Part shown: positions 40,979-53,986 of the stretch, one piece after another
How positions within the stretch are numbered: the first letter of the stretch is position 1
How the letters are laid out: each line of letters starts with the position of its first letter
Source of the DNA: an uncultured Gemmatimonadales bacterium
GTDB taxonomy: Bacteria; Gemmatimonadota; Gemmatimonadetes; Palauibacterales; Palauibacteraceae
Direction of reading: 5' to 3'
Length of the DNA: 64,000 nt
NCBI GenBank assembly: GCA_963783385.1
Contig: CAWANJ010000009.1
Span: 224,001-288,000 of the forward strand
Translations under genes and position numbers: made by a program
The notes under the pieces: generated by a model
Seen by the model: the letters and a program-made list of their open reading frames with translations, nothing else
Databases searched by the model: none
Told to the model about the DNA's origin: nothing

Positions 40979-41553
40979 GTCGAGACATCGCCACCGCGGC
41001 CGGTTCGTGGGGGACACGGGCGGCCAGGGTGCCCCGGTCGCTGCGTCGAGCCGCCGCCGTGCTGGGCTTCGCCGTGCTCACCGCCATCGGCGCGCGGATG
41101 GCCGTGCCGCTCCCCGGCAGCCCGGTCCCGTTCACCTTCGAGGTGGTGGCCGTCCTGGCCGCGGGGTTCCTGCTCGGTCCGAGACTGGGTGCGGCCAGCC
41201 AGCTATCCTACCTGGCGGCCGGGGCCGCCGGCCTGCCGGTGTTCGCGGCGGGCGGAGGGCTGGCCTATGTGCTCGGCCCGACGGGCGGCTACCTGATGGC
41301 CTACCCGGTCGCGGCCCTCGTCGTGGGAATGGTGGCGAAGGGTCGGGGACTCGGGGGGCAGACGACCGGTCTCCTGCTCGGCGTCGCCGTCATCTATCTC
41401 GGTGGGGTGGCGTGGCTCGCGCCCTCCCTGGGCGTCGGACGCGCGCTCGCGGTCGGCGCCGCCCCCTTCGTGGTCGTGGATCTCCTGAAAGTGCTGCTCG
41501 TCCTGCTCGCGGGACGACGGGCCACGTCCGGGCTGAGCCGGCTCCTGGCCTGA
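40975..41553 (+). CDS. bioY: biotin transporter BioY
   Basis: PVPFT, GLPVFAGG-like, [16 protein letters not shown]; hydrophobic. Confidence 0.9.
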   Translation: MSRDIATAAGSWGTRAARVPRSLRRAAAVLGFAVLTAIGARMAVPLPGSPVPFTFEVVAVLAAGFLLGPRLGAASQLSYLAAGAAGLPVFAAGGGLAYVLGPTGGYLMAYPVAALVVGMVAKGRGLGGQTTGLLLGVAVIYLGGVAWLAPSLGVGRALAVGAAPFVVVDLLKVLLVLLAGRRATSGLSRLLA

Positions 41554-41616
41554 GTCCGGGCCGCGGCGAGCGCGAGCTCCGCGCGCGGTCAAGCGGCCCG
41601 GCACCGTCCGGTCGCG

Positions 41617-42579
41617 ATGAAGCTGCTCGTCGGGTCCGAGGGACGTCTCCGTGCGGGCTGGCGCCTGGCGGTCTTCGGGATGCTGGTCGCCGGAGCCTAC
41701 CTGTTCCTGGGCGGCGTCACCTGGGCGACCCTCCCGGGACTCAGGAGCGGTCGCGGTCTGGTGCCGGCCGCCGGGATCGGTGTGGCGCTCCTCTCAGTCC
41801 TCGGCGCGACATGGGCGATGGCCCGGACGGTGGAGCGGGTTTCGCTCACGGCGCTCGGCCTGCCGCGCGACCGCACCGCGGTCGCCGAGGCGGCCCGAGG
41901 GTTCCTGGTGGGGCTCACGCTCATGGCGCTGGTGGTGGGCGTCCTGGCCATCACGGGCGCGGTGAGCTGGCGCCCGGAGCGGGGAACCGGGAGCTGGACC
42001 GGGACCGTGGGCCTGGCGACGCTGTTCCTGGCCGTCGGCGCCCTCGAGGAGGAGCTCCTGTTCCGGGGGTACCCGCTCCAGGTGCTGGCCGAGGCGCTCG
42101 GCGGCCCCGCGGCGGTCGTGCTCACGGCGGTGGGGTTCGGGCTCCTGCACTTGTTCAACCCGGGGCTGGACCGTCTCGCCTTGCTGAACCTCGTGGTGGC
42201 CGGGATCCTGCTGGGCGCGGCGTACTGGCGCACCTACAGCCTGTGGTTTCCGATCGGGATCCACCTGGGCTGGAACTGGACCATGAGCGTGGCCGCCGGC
42301 CTGCCGGTGAGCGGCATCGGCGCGGGCACGCCCGGGTTTCGATTCCTGGACACGCCGGGCTTCGACGCCGCGGTCCACGGGCCGGCCTGGTGGTCCGGCG
42401 GCCGGTTCGGGCCGGAAGCGGGAGTGGCGGTCACGGCCGTGGCCCTGGTCGGCATTGCCTGGCTCGCGCGGACGGGGCGCCTGCACCGCGCCGAGCGGAT
42501 CCGATCGGCGGGGGCGCTGCCCGATCGGCGGGTCGGCAGGGAAGGGCGCGGGGACGAGGCTGCACGTGGGGGATCCTGA
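41617..42579 (+). CDS. CPBP/CAAX-family intramembrane glutamic endopeptidase
   Basis: [19 protein letters not shown]; multiple TM segments. Confidence 0.9.
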   Translation: MKLLVGSEGRLRAGWRLAVFGMLVAGAYLFLGGVTWATLPGLRSGRGLVPAAGIGVALLSVLGATWAMARTVERVSLTALGLPRDRTAVAEAARGFLVGLTLMALVVGVLAITGAVSWRPERGTGSWTGTVGLATLFLAVGALEEELLFRGYPLQVLAEALGGPAAVVLTAVGFGLLHLFNPGLDRLALLNLVVAGILLGAAYWRTYSLWFPIGIHLGWNWTMSVAAGLPVSGIGAGTPGFRFLDTPGFDAAVHGPAWWSGGRFGPEAGVAVTAVALVGIAWLARTGRLHRAERIRSAGALPDRRVGREGRGDEAARGGS

Positions 42580-42595
42580 CCGGGAGGAGATGGGG

Positions 42596-43462
42596 ATGAA
42601 GGCCGAAGACATCCGGACGGCCGGGGTGGTCGGCGCCGGCACCATGGGGAACGGGATCGCGCACGTGCTGGCCCTGGCGGGCATCGCCACGCACCTGGTG
42701 GACGTGGACGACGCAGCGCTGGAGCGGGGGATCGCCACGATTCGCAAGAACCTCGACCGTCAGGTGGCCAGGGGGGCGGTGGACGGGGCCGAGGCCGAGG
42801 CGGCGCTGGCTCGCGTGGAGTCGTCGACGTCGCTCGAGGACCTCGCCGGCTCGCAGATCGTGGTCGAAGCGGCGCCCGAGCGTGCCGAGCTCAAGGCGAG
42901 GATCTTCGAGGAGCTCTCGGGCATCGTCGACCCGGAGACCCTGCTGGCCTCGAACACGAGCTCGATCGCCATCACCGGCCTCGCCTCTCACGCTACCCAT
43001 CCCGGTCGCGTCGTCGGGATGCATTTCATGAACCCCGTGCCCGTGATGCGGCTCGTCGAGGTGATCCGGGGCCTGGAGACCTCGGACGGGACGACCGCGC
43101 TGGTCATGGAGCTGTCACGGCGACTGGGCAAGACGCCGGTCGAGGTGTCCGACTATCCGGGCTTCGTCTCGAACCGGGTGCTCATGCCCATGATCAACGA
43201 GGCGGTCTTCTGCCTGATGGAGGGCGTGGCGACGCCGGAGGCCATCGACACGGTGATGAAGCTCGGCATGAACCACCCAATGGGGCCGCTGGCCCTGGCG
43301 GATCTGATCGGCCTCGACACGTGTCTCCACATCTGCGAGGTCTTGCAGGCGGAGCTCGGAGACGACAAGTACAGGCCCTGCCCGCTGCTCCGGAAGTACG
43401 TGGCGGCGGGGCGGCTGGGGCGGAAGACCGGGCGGGGCTTCTACGCGTATGGCGATGGTTGA
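42596..43462 (+). CDS. hbd: 3-hydroxybutyryl-CoA dehydrogenase
   Basis: [42 protein letters not shown]. Confidence 0.92.
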   Translation: MKAEDIRTAGVVGAGTMGNGIAHVLALAGIATHLVDVDDAALERGIATIRKNLDRQVARGAVDGAEAEAALARVESSTSLEDLAGSQIVVEAAPERAELKARIFEELSGIVDPETLLASNTSSIAITGLASHATHPGRVVGMHFMNPVPVMRLVEVIRGLETSDGTTALVMELSRRLGKTPVEVSDYPGFVSNRVLMPMINEAVFCLMEGVATPEAIDTVMKLGMNHPMGPLALADLIGLDTCLHICEVLQAELGDDKYRPCPLLRKYVAAGRLGRKTGRGFYAYGDG

Positions 43463-44642
43463 CACGTACGGTGACATCGATCTGACCGAGGAGCAGCTCC
43501 AGATCTGTCGTCTGGCGCGGCGCTTCGCGGAGGAGGAGGTCCTTCCAGGGGCGGTGCGGCGCGACCGGGAGGAAGACCACTTCGATCGGGCCATCGTGGA
43601 CCGCCTAGGGGAGCTGGGCTTCCTGGGCATGATGATCCCCGAAGCCTGGGACGGCCTCGGGCTCGGGCTGGACACCTACCTGATGGTGCTCGAGGAGATC
43701 GCCCGGGCGGATGCCTCCGTGGCCGTGTCCATGAGCGTCCATAACTCGCTGCCCACGCAGCTGCTGCTCCGCCACGGGACCGACGAGCAGAGGGACCGCT
43801 GGCTGCGGCCCATGGCACGCGGTGAGCTCCTGGGGGCGTTCTCCCTGTCGGAGGCGGGCTCGGGGAGCGACGCGGCCAGCCTGCAGGCCCAGGCGCGGCG
43901 TGACGGGGACGACTGGGTGCTCAGAGGCGAGAAGATGTGGGTCACGAACGGCGCCTCGGCCGACCTCGTCCTCCTGTTCGTGCGCACGGACACTCCCGAG
44001 GACCGCCTCGGGACGCACGGGATCGGCGCCTTCGTCGTCCCCACACACGCGCCCGGCTATCGCGCGGGCAAGAAGGAGCGCAAGCTGGGGCTGCGCGGGT
44101 CCGAGACCGTGGCCGTGCACCTGGAGGACGTCCGCCTCGGGCCCGAGCACCTCCTCGGCGAGCCCGGGAAGGGGTACCGATACGCGCTGGGCGCCCTCGA
44201 GGGAGGGCGTCTGGGCATCGCCGCCCAGGCGGTGGGAATCGCGGGGGCCGCGCTCGAGCACGCGCTGGCGTACGCGGCCGAGCGCGAGCAGTTCGGGCGT
44301 CCGATCAAGGACTTCCAGGGCCTCCGGTTCAAGCTCGCCCGCATGGGTCTCCGGGTGGAGGCTGCGCGCGCCTTGCTCCATCGCGCCGCGCGGGTCTACA
44401 TGAAGGGAGAGACTCGGCAGCGGATGCTCTCGAGCATGGCCAAGCTGGAGGCGAGCGAGGCGGCCATGCAGGTGACCAGGGAGGCGGTCCAGGTGCTGGG
44501 AGGCTACGGCTACACGAGAGAATACCCCGTGGAGCGGCTCTTCCGGGACGCCAAGGTCACGGAGATCTACGAGGGCACCAGCGAAGTGCACCAGATCATC
44601 ATCGCCAAGGAACTCTACTCACAGCGAGGTACGGACCAGTGA
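43455..44642 (+). CDS. acyl-CoA dehydrogenase (short/branched-chain type)
   Basis: [35 protein letters not shown]. Confidence 0.93.
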   Translation: MVDTYGDIDLTEEQLQICRLARRFAEEEVLPGAVRRDREEDHFDRAIVDRLGELGFLGMMIPEAWDGLGLGLDTYLMVLEEIARADASVAVSMSVHNSLPTQLLLRHGTDEQRDRWLRPMARGELLGAFSLSEAGSGSDAASLQAQARRDGDDWVLRGEKMWVTNGASADLVLLFVRTDTPEDRLGTHGIGAFVVPTHAPGYRAGKKERKLGLRGSETVAVHLEDVRLGPEHLLGEPGKGYRYALGALEGGRLGIAAQAVGIAGAALEHALAYAAEREQFGRPIKDFQGLRFKLARMGLRVEAARALLHRAARVYMKGETRQRMLSSMAKLEASEAAMQVTREAVQVLGGYGYTREYPVERLFRDAKVTEIYEGTSEVHQIIIAKELYSQRGTDQ

Positions 44643-45754
44643 CGCATCCCGGCATAGAGGTACCCGAGCAGGTGGCCCGCGAGGGCGAGCTCGCCTCGAG
44701 CGAGATCTTCGAACTGCTGGCCGAGCATGGGCACGAGCAGGTCCTGTTCACCCACGAGCCGTCGTGTGGCTACCGCGGCATCATCGCCATCCACGACACG
44801 ACGCTGGGCCCGGCGCTGGGGGGCACGAGATACTGGAACTACGAGAGCAATTGGGACGCGGTCGTAGACGTGCTGCGCCTGTCCCGCGGCATGACCTACA
44901 AGGCCGCCGTGGCCGGGCTCAACCTGGGGGGCGGAAAGTCCGTCATCATCGGGGACAATCGCCGCCCGGACCGCGAGATGATCATGCGGGCGCACGGCCA
45001 GGCCGTGGAGAGCATGGGGGGACGCTACATCACCGCGGAGGACGTGGGAACGTCCGTCGAAGACATGGACTTCGTCCACATGGAGACCGACTACGTGGTC
45101 GGGATCGCCGGACGCTCGGGCGACCCCTCGCCGGTGACGGCGTACGGCGTGTTCCGGGGGATCAAGGCGTGCGCGCAGCGTCGCTACGGTTCCGACGACC
45201 TCGACGGCCGCACGGTCGCGGTCCAGGGGGCCGGGCACGTGGGCTACCACCTGGCGGAGTACCTGATGGACGACGGCGCCCACGTTGTCATCACGGACAT
45301 CGACTCGGCCCGGGTCCAGCGCGCGGTCGACGAGCTGGGCGCCGAGGCGGTGGAGCCCGACGAGATCTACGAGGTGGACGGCGACATCTTCGCGCCGTGC
45401 GCCCTGGGCGCCATCCTCAACGAGGACACGATTCCTCGCCTCGCGGTCGACATCGTGGCCGGGGCGGCCAACAACCAGCTCGCTGCCGAGGATGACGACG
45501 ACCGTCTGGCCGAGCGAGACATCCTGTACGCGCCGGACTACGTCATCAACGCCGGGGGGCTCATCAACGTCTACTCGGAGCTGGTGAGCTGGTCCCTGGA
45601 GCGCTCCAAGCGCAAGGCCGGCGAGATCTACCACACGCTGCTGCAAGTCTTCCAGCTGGCCGAGGAGCGCGGCATTACCAGCGCGGTGGCCGCCGACGAG
45701 CTCGCCCAGCGGCGCGTTGAGCGGGTGGCGCGCCTCCACCGCCGACACGTCTGA
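44639..45754 (+). CDS. Glu/Leu/Phe/Val dehydrogenase (leucine dehydrogenase-like)
   Basis: [43 protein letters not shown]; GTGA overlap. Confidence 0.92.
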   Translation: MTHPGIEVPEQVAREGELASSEIFELLAEHGHEQVLFTHEPSCGYRGIIAIHDTTLGPALGGTRYWNYESNWDAVVDVLRLSRGMTYKAAVAGLNLGGGKSVIIGDNRRPDREMIMRAHGQAVESMGGRYITAEDVGTSVEDMDFVHMETDYVVGIAGRSGDPSPVTAYGVFRGIKACAQRRYGSDDLDGRTVAVQGAGHVGYHLAEYLMDDGAHVVITDIDSARVQRAVDELGAEAVEPDEIYEVDGDIFAPCALGAILNEDTIPRLAVDIVAGAANNQLAAEDDDDRLAERDILYAPDYVINAGGLINVYSELVSWSLERSKRKAGEIYHTLLQVFQLAEERGITSAVAADELAQRRVERVARLHRRHV

Positions 45755-45759
45755 TCCCC

Positions 45760-47097
45760 ATGGGAGCGGGTCCGACCGGGAGCGGAGGAGATGCCACCCG
45801 CGGGGAGGATGGTGCGCTGGTCGGTCCCGCCTGGCAGGACCGGCGGCTGAGCGAGGTCGACCCCGAGGTCCACGCGGCCGTCCGGGACGAGACCGAGCGC
45901 CAGCGCAGGGGCCTCGAGCTCATCGCGAGCGAGAACTTCTGCTCCTCGGCGGTGCTCGAGGCCACGGGATCGCCGCTCACCAACAAGTACGCCGAGGGGC
46001 TGCCGGGGAAGCGATACTACGGAGGCTGCGAGTTCGTGGACGTGGCCGAAGACCTGGCACGCCGGCGTGCGTGCGAGCTGTTCGGGGCCGAGCACGCCAA
46101 CGTTCAGCCCCACAGCGGCGCCCAGGCCAACATGGCGGCCTACGCGGCCTTCCTCTCCCCGGGCGACGCGATCCTCGGGATGAACCTCACCCACGGGGGG
46201 CACCTCACCCACGGCTCGTCGGTCAACTTCAGCGGCAAGCTGTACCGGGTGGCGGAGTATGGCGTGCGGGAGTCGGACGGTCGATTGGACGTGGACGCGC
46301 TGGTCGCGGTGGCGCGCGAGCACCGGCCGGGCGTCATCATGGCGGGCTGGAGCGCCTACCCCCGGATCCTGCCCTTCGAGACGTTCGCCGGGATCGCGGC
46401 CGAGGTCGGGGCTCGCCTCATCGTGGACATGGCCCACTTCGCCGGGCTCGTGGCGGCGGGAGTGCACCCGAGCCCGGTTCCGCACGCGGACGTGGTGACC
46501 ACGACGACCCACAAGACACTGAGAGGGCCGCGCGGCGGGATGATCCTGTGCCGGGAGGAGCACGCCAGGGCCATCGACAAGGCCGTGTTCCCGCGCACGC
46601 AGGGCGGTCCGCTCATGCACGTGATCGCGGCCAAGGCCGTATGCCTCAAGGAAGCGCAGTCCGAGGGCTTCCGTCGCTACGGGGCGCGAACGGTCGAGAA
46701 CGCCCGGGCGCTGGGACGCGCGCTGGAGGCGCGGGGCTGGACCCTCGTCTCGGGGGGGACGGACACCCACCTCCTGCTGGTGGACCTCCGGGACACGGAG
46801 CTCACCGGGAAGGACGCCGAGGAGCTGCTGGGTCGTGCCGAGATCACGGTGAACAAGAACACGATCCCGGGCGAGACCCGCTCTCCCTTCGTGACCTCGG
46901 GGATCCGGATCGGCACGCCCGCCGTCACCACCCGCGGCATGGGTCCTGACGAGATGGAAACGATCGCGGGATGGATCGACCGGGTCCTGCGCTCCGGGGG
47001 CGAGGACGCCACGATCGACGGGGTGCGCGGCGAGGTGCACGAGCTCACCTCCGCCTTTCCACTGTACCGCGAGACGCCCTGCGACCGGGGAGCCTGA
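45760..47097 (+). CDS. glyA: serine hydroxymethyltransferase
   Basis: [43 protein letters not shown]. Confidence 0.97.
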   Translation: MGAGPTGSGGDATRGEDGALVGPAWQDRRLSEVDPEVHAAVRDETERQRRGLELIASENFCSSAVLEATGSPLTNKYAEGLPGKRYYGGCEFVDVAEDLARRRACELFGAEHANVQPHSGAQANMAAYAAFLSPGDAILGMNLTHGGHLTHGSSVNFSGKLYRVAEYGVRESDGRLDVDALVAVAREHRPGVIMAGWSAYPRILPFETFAGIAAEVGARLIVDMAHFAGLVAAGVHPSPVPHADVVTTTTHKTLRGPRGGMILCREEHARAIDKAVFPRTQGGPLMHVIAAKAVCLKEAQSEGFRRYGARTVENARALGRALEARGWTLVSGGTDTHLLLVDLRDTELTGKDAEELLGRAEITVNKNTIPGETRSPFVTSGIRIGTPAVTTRGMGPDEMETIAGWIDRVLRSGGEDATIDGVRGEVHELTSAFPLYRETPCDRGA

Positions 47098-47741
47098 CGG
47101 ACGCGGTCCTCGTGCCGGTCGGCGAGGCGGAGGCCGAGCTGCGCGCACGCGGCTCGCGCTTCCTGGCGCGCGCGAGCCGGACCGCGACGCGCCAGGAGGC
47201 GGAGGACCTCCGGTCCCGCGCCCGACGCCGCCACCACGATGCCACCCATCACGTGCTGGCGTTCCTCCCCCTGGAAGGGGCCGCCTGGTGGGACGACGAC
47301 GGTGAGCCGTCGGGGACCGGGGGCCGACCCGTGCTCGACGCCATCCAGGGATCCGGGCTCCGGCAGACGGCGGTCGTGGTCACGCGCTGGTTCGGCGGAA
47401 CCAAGCTCGGAACGGGCGGGCTCTCCCGTGCCTATGCCGGCGCTGCCGCTCGCGCGCTTTCGGATCTTCCCGGCCGCCCGGCGGTGCCCGCCAGTCGGTG
47501 CCTCGTCCACTTCGATCATCCCGATACGGGTGCCGTCATGCGGCTGCTGGACGCCGCCGGGGCTCGGCGAGGGGAGCTGCTGTACGAGACCCGGGTCAGC
47601 CTCGAGGTCCTGGTTCCGCGCGACCGCCGCCCCGAGCTGGCCCGCGCGCTGGCCGACGCGACCGGGGGCCGGGCCCGCCTCGAGCTCGTGAACGACGAGG
47701 GTGTGCTGGTCCTGGCGGAGGGAGCCGGGGGGGCGACTTGA
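47094..47741 (+). CDS. YigZ/IMPACT family protein
   Basis: [39 protein letters not shown]; start uncertain (CTG 47094 or GTG 47112). Confidence 0.9.
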   Translation: MTDAVLVPVGEAEAELRARGSRFLARASRTATRQEAEDLRSRARRRHHDATHHVLAFLPLEGAAWWDDDGEPSGTGGRPVLDAIQGSGLRQTAVVVTRWFGGTKLGTGGLSRAYAGAAARALSDLPGRPAVPASRCLVHFDHPDTGAVMRLLDAAGARRGELLYETRVSLEVLVPRDRRPELARALADATGGRARLELVNDEGVLVLAEGAGGAT

Positions 47742-47767
47742 CGCTTGATTTCGCGTTCTCCTACTTT
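47738..47767 (+). promoter_or_regulatory. putative sigma70-type promoter
   Basis: TTGACG-N18-TACTTT in an AT-enriched patch at the yigZ stop. Confidence 0.55.
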
Positions 47768-47855
47768 CCCAGCGTGTTCGTTCCGGGCTCGAGACCCGCC
47801 GGGGTCCGGTCCGACCCGGCGAGGGAAGGGCCCGACGGCCGTGGATGAAGGGGTG

Positions 47856-48239
47856 ATGGACGGGAGCCAGATCCTCACGCAACTGAGGCGCCGCGACCCG
47901 CGCTACACGGAGGAGGCCTATCTCTTCGTGCTCGCGGCGCTGCACCACTGTCTCGAAGAGCTGGACGAGCCGCGGCACGTCTCGGGTTCCGAGCTGGCGT
48001 CGGCGGTGCGGGACCTGGCCCTGTCCCGCTTCGGCCCGATGGCGCGGACCGTGCTCGAGCACTGGGGCGTCCACGCCACGCGCGACCTGGGGGAGATCGT
48101 CTTCCTGCTGGTGGAATCTGGGATCCTGATCAAGCAGGACTCCGATTCGCGCGAGGACTTCGAGGGTCTGTACAGCTTCGAAGAGGCGTTCGAGACGGGC
48201 TATCCGTGGGCCGGCCTGGAAGGAGAACGCTTCATCTGA
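47856..48239 (+). CDS. conserved hypothetical protein (Minf_1886 / TIGR04138-like family)
   Basis: DPRY.EEAY.FV..AL, RHVSG.EL, FGPMA.TVL..WG...T.D.GEIVF.LV, DSREDF. Confidence 0.82.
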   Translation: MDGSQILTQLRRRDPRYTEEAYLFVLAALHHCLEELDEPRHVSGSELASAVRDLALSRFGPMARTVLEHWGVHATRDLGEIVFLLVESGILIKQDSDSREDFEGLYSFEEAFETGYPWAGLEGERFI

Positions 48240-48331
48240 GGGCCGTCTTGGCCCATCATGCACCTGCCCGGATGCTTGCCAGGACGCGGGGTCGTCGGAT
48301 CGGGGCGGGATGGTCGGGAGGGGGTGATCGC

Positions 48332-48529
48332 GTGGACGAGCTCGGTAGCTTCCCGGACTGCCTGAAGTGCGAGAACGGTATCTTGCTGCCACTCTCGGAC
48401 TACGGCCGGGACGGGGCCACCATCCGGTACAAAGCCTGGGTGTGCTCCAACCCCGAGTGCGGCTTCAACATCCGCATCGACAACGGCGAGATCAGCTTCG
48501 GCCGCACGGTCTCCCAGTCCTACCGCTGA
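48332..48529 (+). CDS. small (65 aa) zinc-ribbon protein of unknown function
   Basis: CLKC...LLPLSDYG...YKAWVCSNPEC; GGGAGG RBS upstream; coding-like codon usage. Confidence 0.78.
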   Translation: MDELGSFPDCLKCENGILLPLSDYGRDGATIRYKAWVCSNPECGFNIRIDNGEISFGRTVSQSYR

Positions 48530-48599
48530 CCGGCTCGGGTCCGTGCGGCGTGGCTCGACACCGGGGCGAACCTTGAGCTCGCGGACCCGTTCGATCGAC

Positions 48600-50141
48600 G
48601 TGAACCGCACGCAGGTGTGGCTCCCGACGGCCGGGGAGATGGCCGCGCTGGATCGCGACGCCACGGCGTCGGGGCACACTACCGAACGGACCCTGATCGA
48701 GGCGGCCGGACGGGAGGTCGCCCGTCAGGTCGCCCTGCGCTTCCCCGAGGGTCCCGTCGCCGCTCTCCTGGGCAGCGGTCACAACGGTGCCGACGCCCTG
48801 GTGGCCCTCCGCTCGCTACGCGCCTGGGGAAGGGACGTCGCGGCGGTCCGCTGCGGGAGCTCGCTCCCCGAGCCGGAGGTGCGCGCGGGCTGGGAACTCG
48901 AGGTGCGGGAGCCGTCGGCGCTCGAGGCGACGTGCCGCTCGGCCGCCGTGGTGCTCGACGGGCTCCTGGGCACGGGCGTCAACGGTGCGCCGCGCGAGCC
49001 CGCGGCCACCTTCATCGCCCGGCTGAACGCCATTCCCGTGCCGGTCGTGGCCGTGGACGGTCCGAGCGGCGCCGACTTCACCACGGGGCGCACGCCGGGC
49101 GCCTGCGTGCGGGCCACCGTCACCGTGTGCCTGGGCTGGCCCAAGCTCGGACTCGTGCTCCACCCGGCCCGCGGGCACTGCGGGGAGCTGGTGTGCGTGG
49201 AGATCGGGTTTCCCCCGCCCGCCGGGGATCGCTTCGGAGCGCGGGCCATCACGGCGCGCTGGGCGACCGAGCTCCTGATCGAGCGGGGTCCGGAGGCACA
49301 CAAGGGCGAGGCCGGCTACCTGGCCCTCGTGGCGGGACAGGCCGGCATGGCGGGAGCCTCGGTGCTGGCGGCGCGCTCCGCCGTTCGCGCCGGAGCGGGC
49401 ATCGTCCGGGTGATCGGGGACCCCGCCAACCGGGTCGTCGTCCAGTCGGCCGTGCCGGAGGCCCTGTTCGTGGGCTGGGACGACGACCGGGGCGTGCGGG
49501 AGAGCCTCGAGTGGGCCGACGCCGTGGCCGTGGGGCCGGGTCTGGGCGGAGGAGCGGAGCGCCGCGAGCTCGTCGAGCGCGTGCTGGAGGGCCGGGGTGG
49601 ACGCCCCGTCGTCGTGGACGCGGACGGGCTCAACGCTTTCGCCGGGCGGATGGAGGCGCTGGCGGACCTGCTGGGTGGAAGCGCCGTCATCACGCCCCAC
49701 CCGGGGGAGCTGGCGAGGCTGCGCGGTGGCGAGCTGAGCGCCATCCTCGAAGACCGGCTCGGGGCCGCGCGTGCGGCGGCCCGGGACCTGGGCGTCCCGG
49801 TCCTCCTCAAGGGAATCCCCGCGCTGGTGGCCCTGCCGGTCGGTCCCCTGCGGGTGGCCACGGCCGGGGGCCCGGCCGTGGCGTCGGGCGGCTCCGGCGA
49901 CGTCCTCACGGGCATCGTGGGCGCGTACCTGGCCGCCGGCATCGGGCCCGCGGACGCGGCCACGGCGGCCCTGATGATCGGGGGACTCGCCGCCGACCGC
50001 TCGCCCTGCCCGGAGGGCCATCTGCCCACCGACGTGCCCGATCGGCTCCCGGCCGTGCGGGCGGAAATGAGCTCCGCGCCGCCGCCTTTGCCGGGTCCCG
50101 TGCTGTTCTCGCTCCCGGCGTCCCGGTCGGCCGGGGGCTGA
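48600..50141 (+). CDS. nnr: bifunctional NAD(P)H-hydrate epimerase/dehydratase
   Basis: GSGHNGAD, DGLLGTG, VDGPSG, HKG, GPGLG, DADGLN, TPHPGE, GGSGDVLTG. Confidence 0.93.
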   Translation: MNRTQVWLPTAGEMAALDRDATASGHTTERTLIEAAGREVARQVALRFPEGPVAALLGSGHNGADALVALRSLRAWGRDVAAVRCGSSLPEPEVRAGWELEVREPSALEATCRSAAVVLDGLLGTGVNGAPREPAATFIARLNAIPVPVVAVDGPSGADFTTGRTPGACVRATVTVCLGWPKLGLVLHPARGHCGELVCVEIGFPPPAGDRFGARAITARWATELLIERGPEAHKGEAGYLALVAGQAGMAGASVLAARSAVRAGAGIVRVIGDPANRVVVQSAVPEALFVGWDDDRGVRESLEWADAVAVGPGLGGGAERRELVERVLEGRGGRPVVVDADGLNAFAGRMEALADLLGGSAVITPHPGELARLRGGELSAILEDRLGAARAAARDLGVPVLLKGIPALVALPVGPLRVATAGGPAVASGGSGDVLTGIVGAYLAAGIGPADAATAALMIGGLAADRSPCPEGHLPTDVPDRLPAVRAEMSSAPPPLPGPVLFSLPASRSAGG

Positions 50142-50148
50142 CCGGACG

Positions 50149-51150
50149 GTGGACACGCCGCTCGCCCCGGGCTCGGAGTTCGACCGGATCCGGTCCCTGG
50201 TGAGCACGGTGGCCGGCCTGGCGCCGGCCGCCGAACAGGGGCGGGGTCCGGGAGATGATGCGGCCCTCATCAATGTGCCGGTCGGCGAGACCCTGGTGGT
50301 GAGCACGGACCTGTCCATCGAGGGGGTCCACTTCGAGCGGGCCTGGCTGCGGTGGGAGACCGTCGGGTTCCGGGCCGTCACCGGAGCGCTGAGTGACGTG
50401 GCGGCCATGGCGGCCCGCCCGCTCGGCGTCCTCCTGTCCATCGCGCTCCCCCCGGAGCTGGACCGCGAGGTGCTCGATGCCCTCGGGGTCGGCGCCGGAC
50501 GGGCCCTGGCCGAGGCAGGGTGCTCGCTCCTGGGCGGAGACCTCTCCCGCTCCCCCGGACCGGTGGTGCTCGACGCGGCCGTGCTCGGGTCGGCGACCCG
50601 CCCGGTGCGGCGAAGCGGAGCTCGGCCCGGCGACGAGGCCTGGGTGACGGGCGAGCTGGGTGGAGCGGCCCTGGCCGTGCGGCAGTGGCGGCAGGCGCTG
50701 GAGCCCGACCCGCGTGCCCGGCGCGCGTTCGAGAGGCCGCACGCCCGACTGGCCGAGGCACGCTGGCTGGCGGACGAAGCGGACGTCGGGGCGCTCATCG
50801 ACCTGTCCGATGGCCTGGCGGGGGACGCGGCCCAGCTGGCGGCCGCCTCGGGCGTCAGGGTCGAGATCGACGCCACCGAGGTTCCCCTGGCGCCGCCCCT
50901 GGCGGAGTTCAACGATCGGAGCGCCGCCCTGCGGCTGGCCGCGGGCGGAGGAGAGGACTACGAGCTCCTGCTCACGGCACCGGCCGGCGCCTTGCAGCCG
51001 CTCCGTGCGGCCTTCGAGTCGCGGTTCGGAGCCCGGTTGACGCGCGTGGGCAGGATCACGGCGGGAGGGGGGGTGCAGTGGAACGTACCGGAGGGCAGCC
51101 CGGTCGACATCCCGCTCACCGGATTCGATCACTTCGCCGCGGACGAGTAG
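50149..51150 (+). CDS. thiL: thiamine-monophosphate kinase
   Basis: EFDRI, GDDAA, EGVHF, SDVAAM, GGD, DLSDGL, GGEDYELL, GFDHF. Confidence 0.94.
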   Translation: MDTPLAPGSEFDRIRSLVSTVAGLAPAAEQGRGPGDDAALINVPVGETLVVSTDLSIEGVHFERAWLRWETVGFRAVTGALSDVAAMAARPLGVLLSIALPPELDREVLDALGVGAGRALAEAGCSLLGGDLSRSPGPVVLDAAVLGSATRPVRRSGARPGDEAWVTGELGGAALAVRQWRQALEPDPRARRAFERPHARLAEARWLADEADVGALIDLSDGLAGDAAQLAAASGVRVEIDATEVPLAPPLAEFNDRSAALRLAAGGGEDYELLLTAPAGALQPLRAAFESRFGARLTRVGRITAGGGVQWNVPEGSPVDIPLTGFDHFAADE

Positions 51151-53577
<2,427 letters not shown>

Positions 53578-53591
53578 CTTTTTCGGCGCAC

Positions 53592-53665
<74 letters not shown>

Positions 53666-53679
53666 CTGGGTCGACCCGA

Positions 53680-53710
53680 GGCCGGAGCCGAGCTCCGGCC
53701 GTAGCTTTTT
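53680..53710 (+). other. 9-bp GC hairpin followed by a T tract in the tRNA spacer (terminator or processing signal)
   Basis: GGCCGGAGC-CGA-GCTCCGGCC then GTAGCTTTTT. Confidence 0.45.
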
Positions 53711-53719
53711 CGGGGTCGG

Positions 53720-53793
53720 GGCAGGGTAGCTCAGCCTGGTAGAGCAAGGGACTCATAAGCCCTGGGCCGCGGGTTCGAATCCCGCCCCTGCCA
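53720..53793 (+). tRNA. tRNA-Met (CAT), probably elongator; CCA not encoded
   Basis: GGCAGGG/CCCTGCC acceptor, TAGCTCAG D-arm, AGGGA-CTCATAA-GCCCT anticodon arm, TTCGAAT; Ile2 identity not excluded. Confidence 0.9.
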
Positions 53794-53830
53794 CTCTCGT
53801 CCTTCGACGCCGTCGATCGTATCGGCACTT

Positions 53831-53859
53831 TTGCCCGCCGCCGTGAGCGTCCCTAGCTT
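53831..53859 (+). promoter_or_regulatory. putative promoter of the psd operon
   Basis: TTGCCC-N17-TAGCTT. Confidence 0.55.
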
Positions 53860-53986
53860 CCACCCGCCCGGAGCGCCTGCTCGCCATCTACGTCCGCCGC
53901 GACGCGCCGCCGCCGGGTGGCCCCGGTACGGGGGGTCGCGTGGGCGGAGGTCGGTGGACGCCGGACGGTTCCTTCCGAGAGCGAGG

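Noticed and set aside
41617-42579. CPBP (Abi-named) protease and nearby nucleases as a possible anti-phage system
   Set aside because: CPBP proteins are common membrane proteases, the context is metabolic/core, and no defence-type partners are present.
53746-53764. A-G mismatch at the base of the anticodon stem of the second tRNA (possible pseudo-tRNA)
   Set aside because: All other arms pair well, and a weak or mismatched 31-39 pair with a GACTCATAAG context is known in bacterial elongator tRNA-Met.
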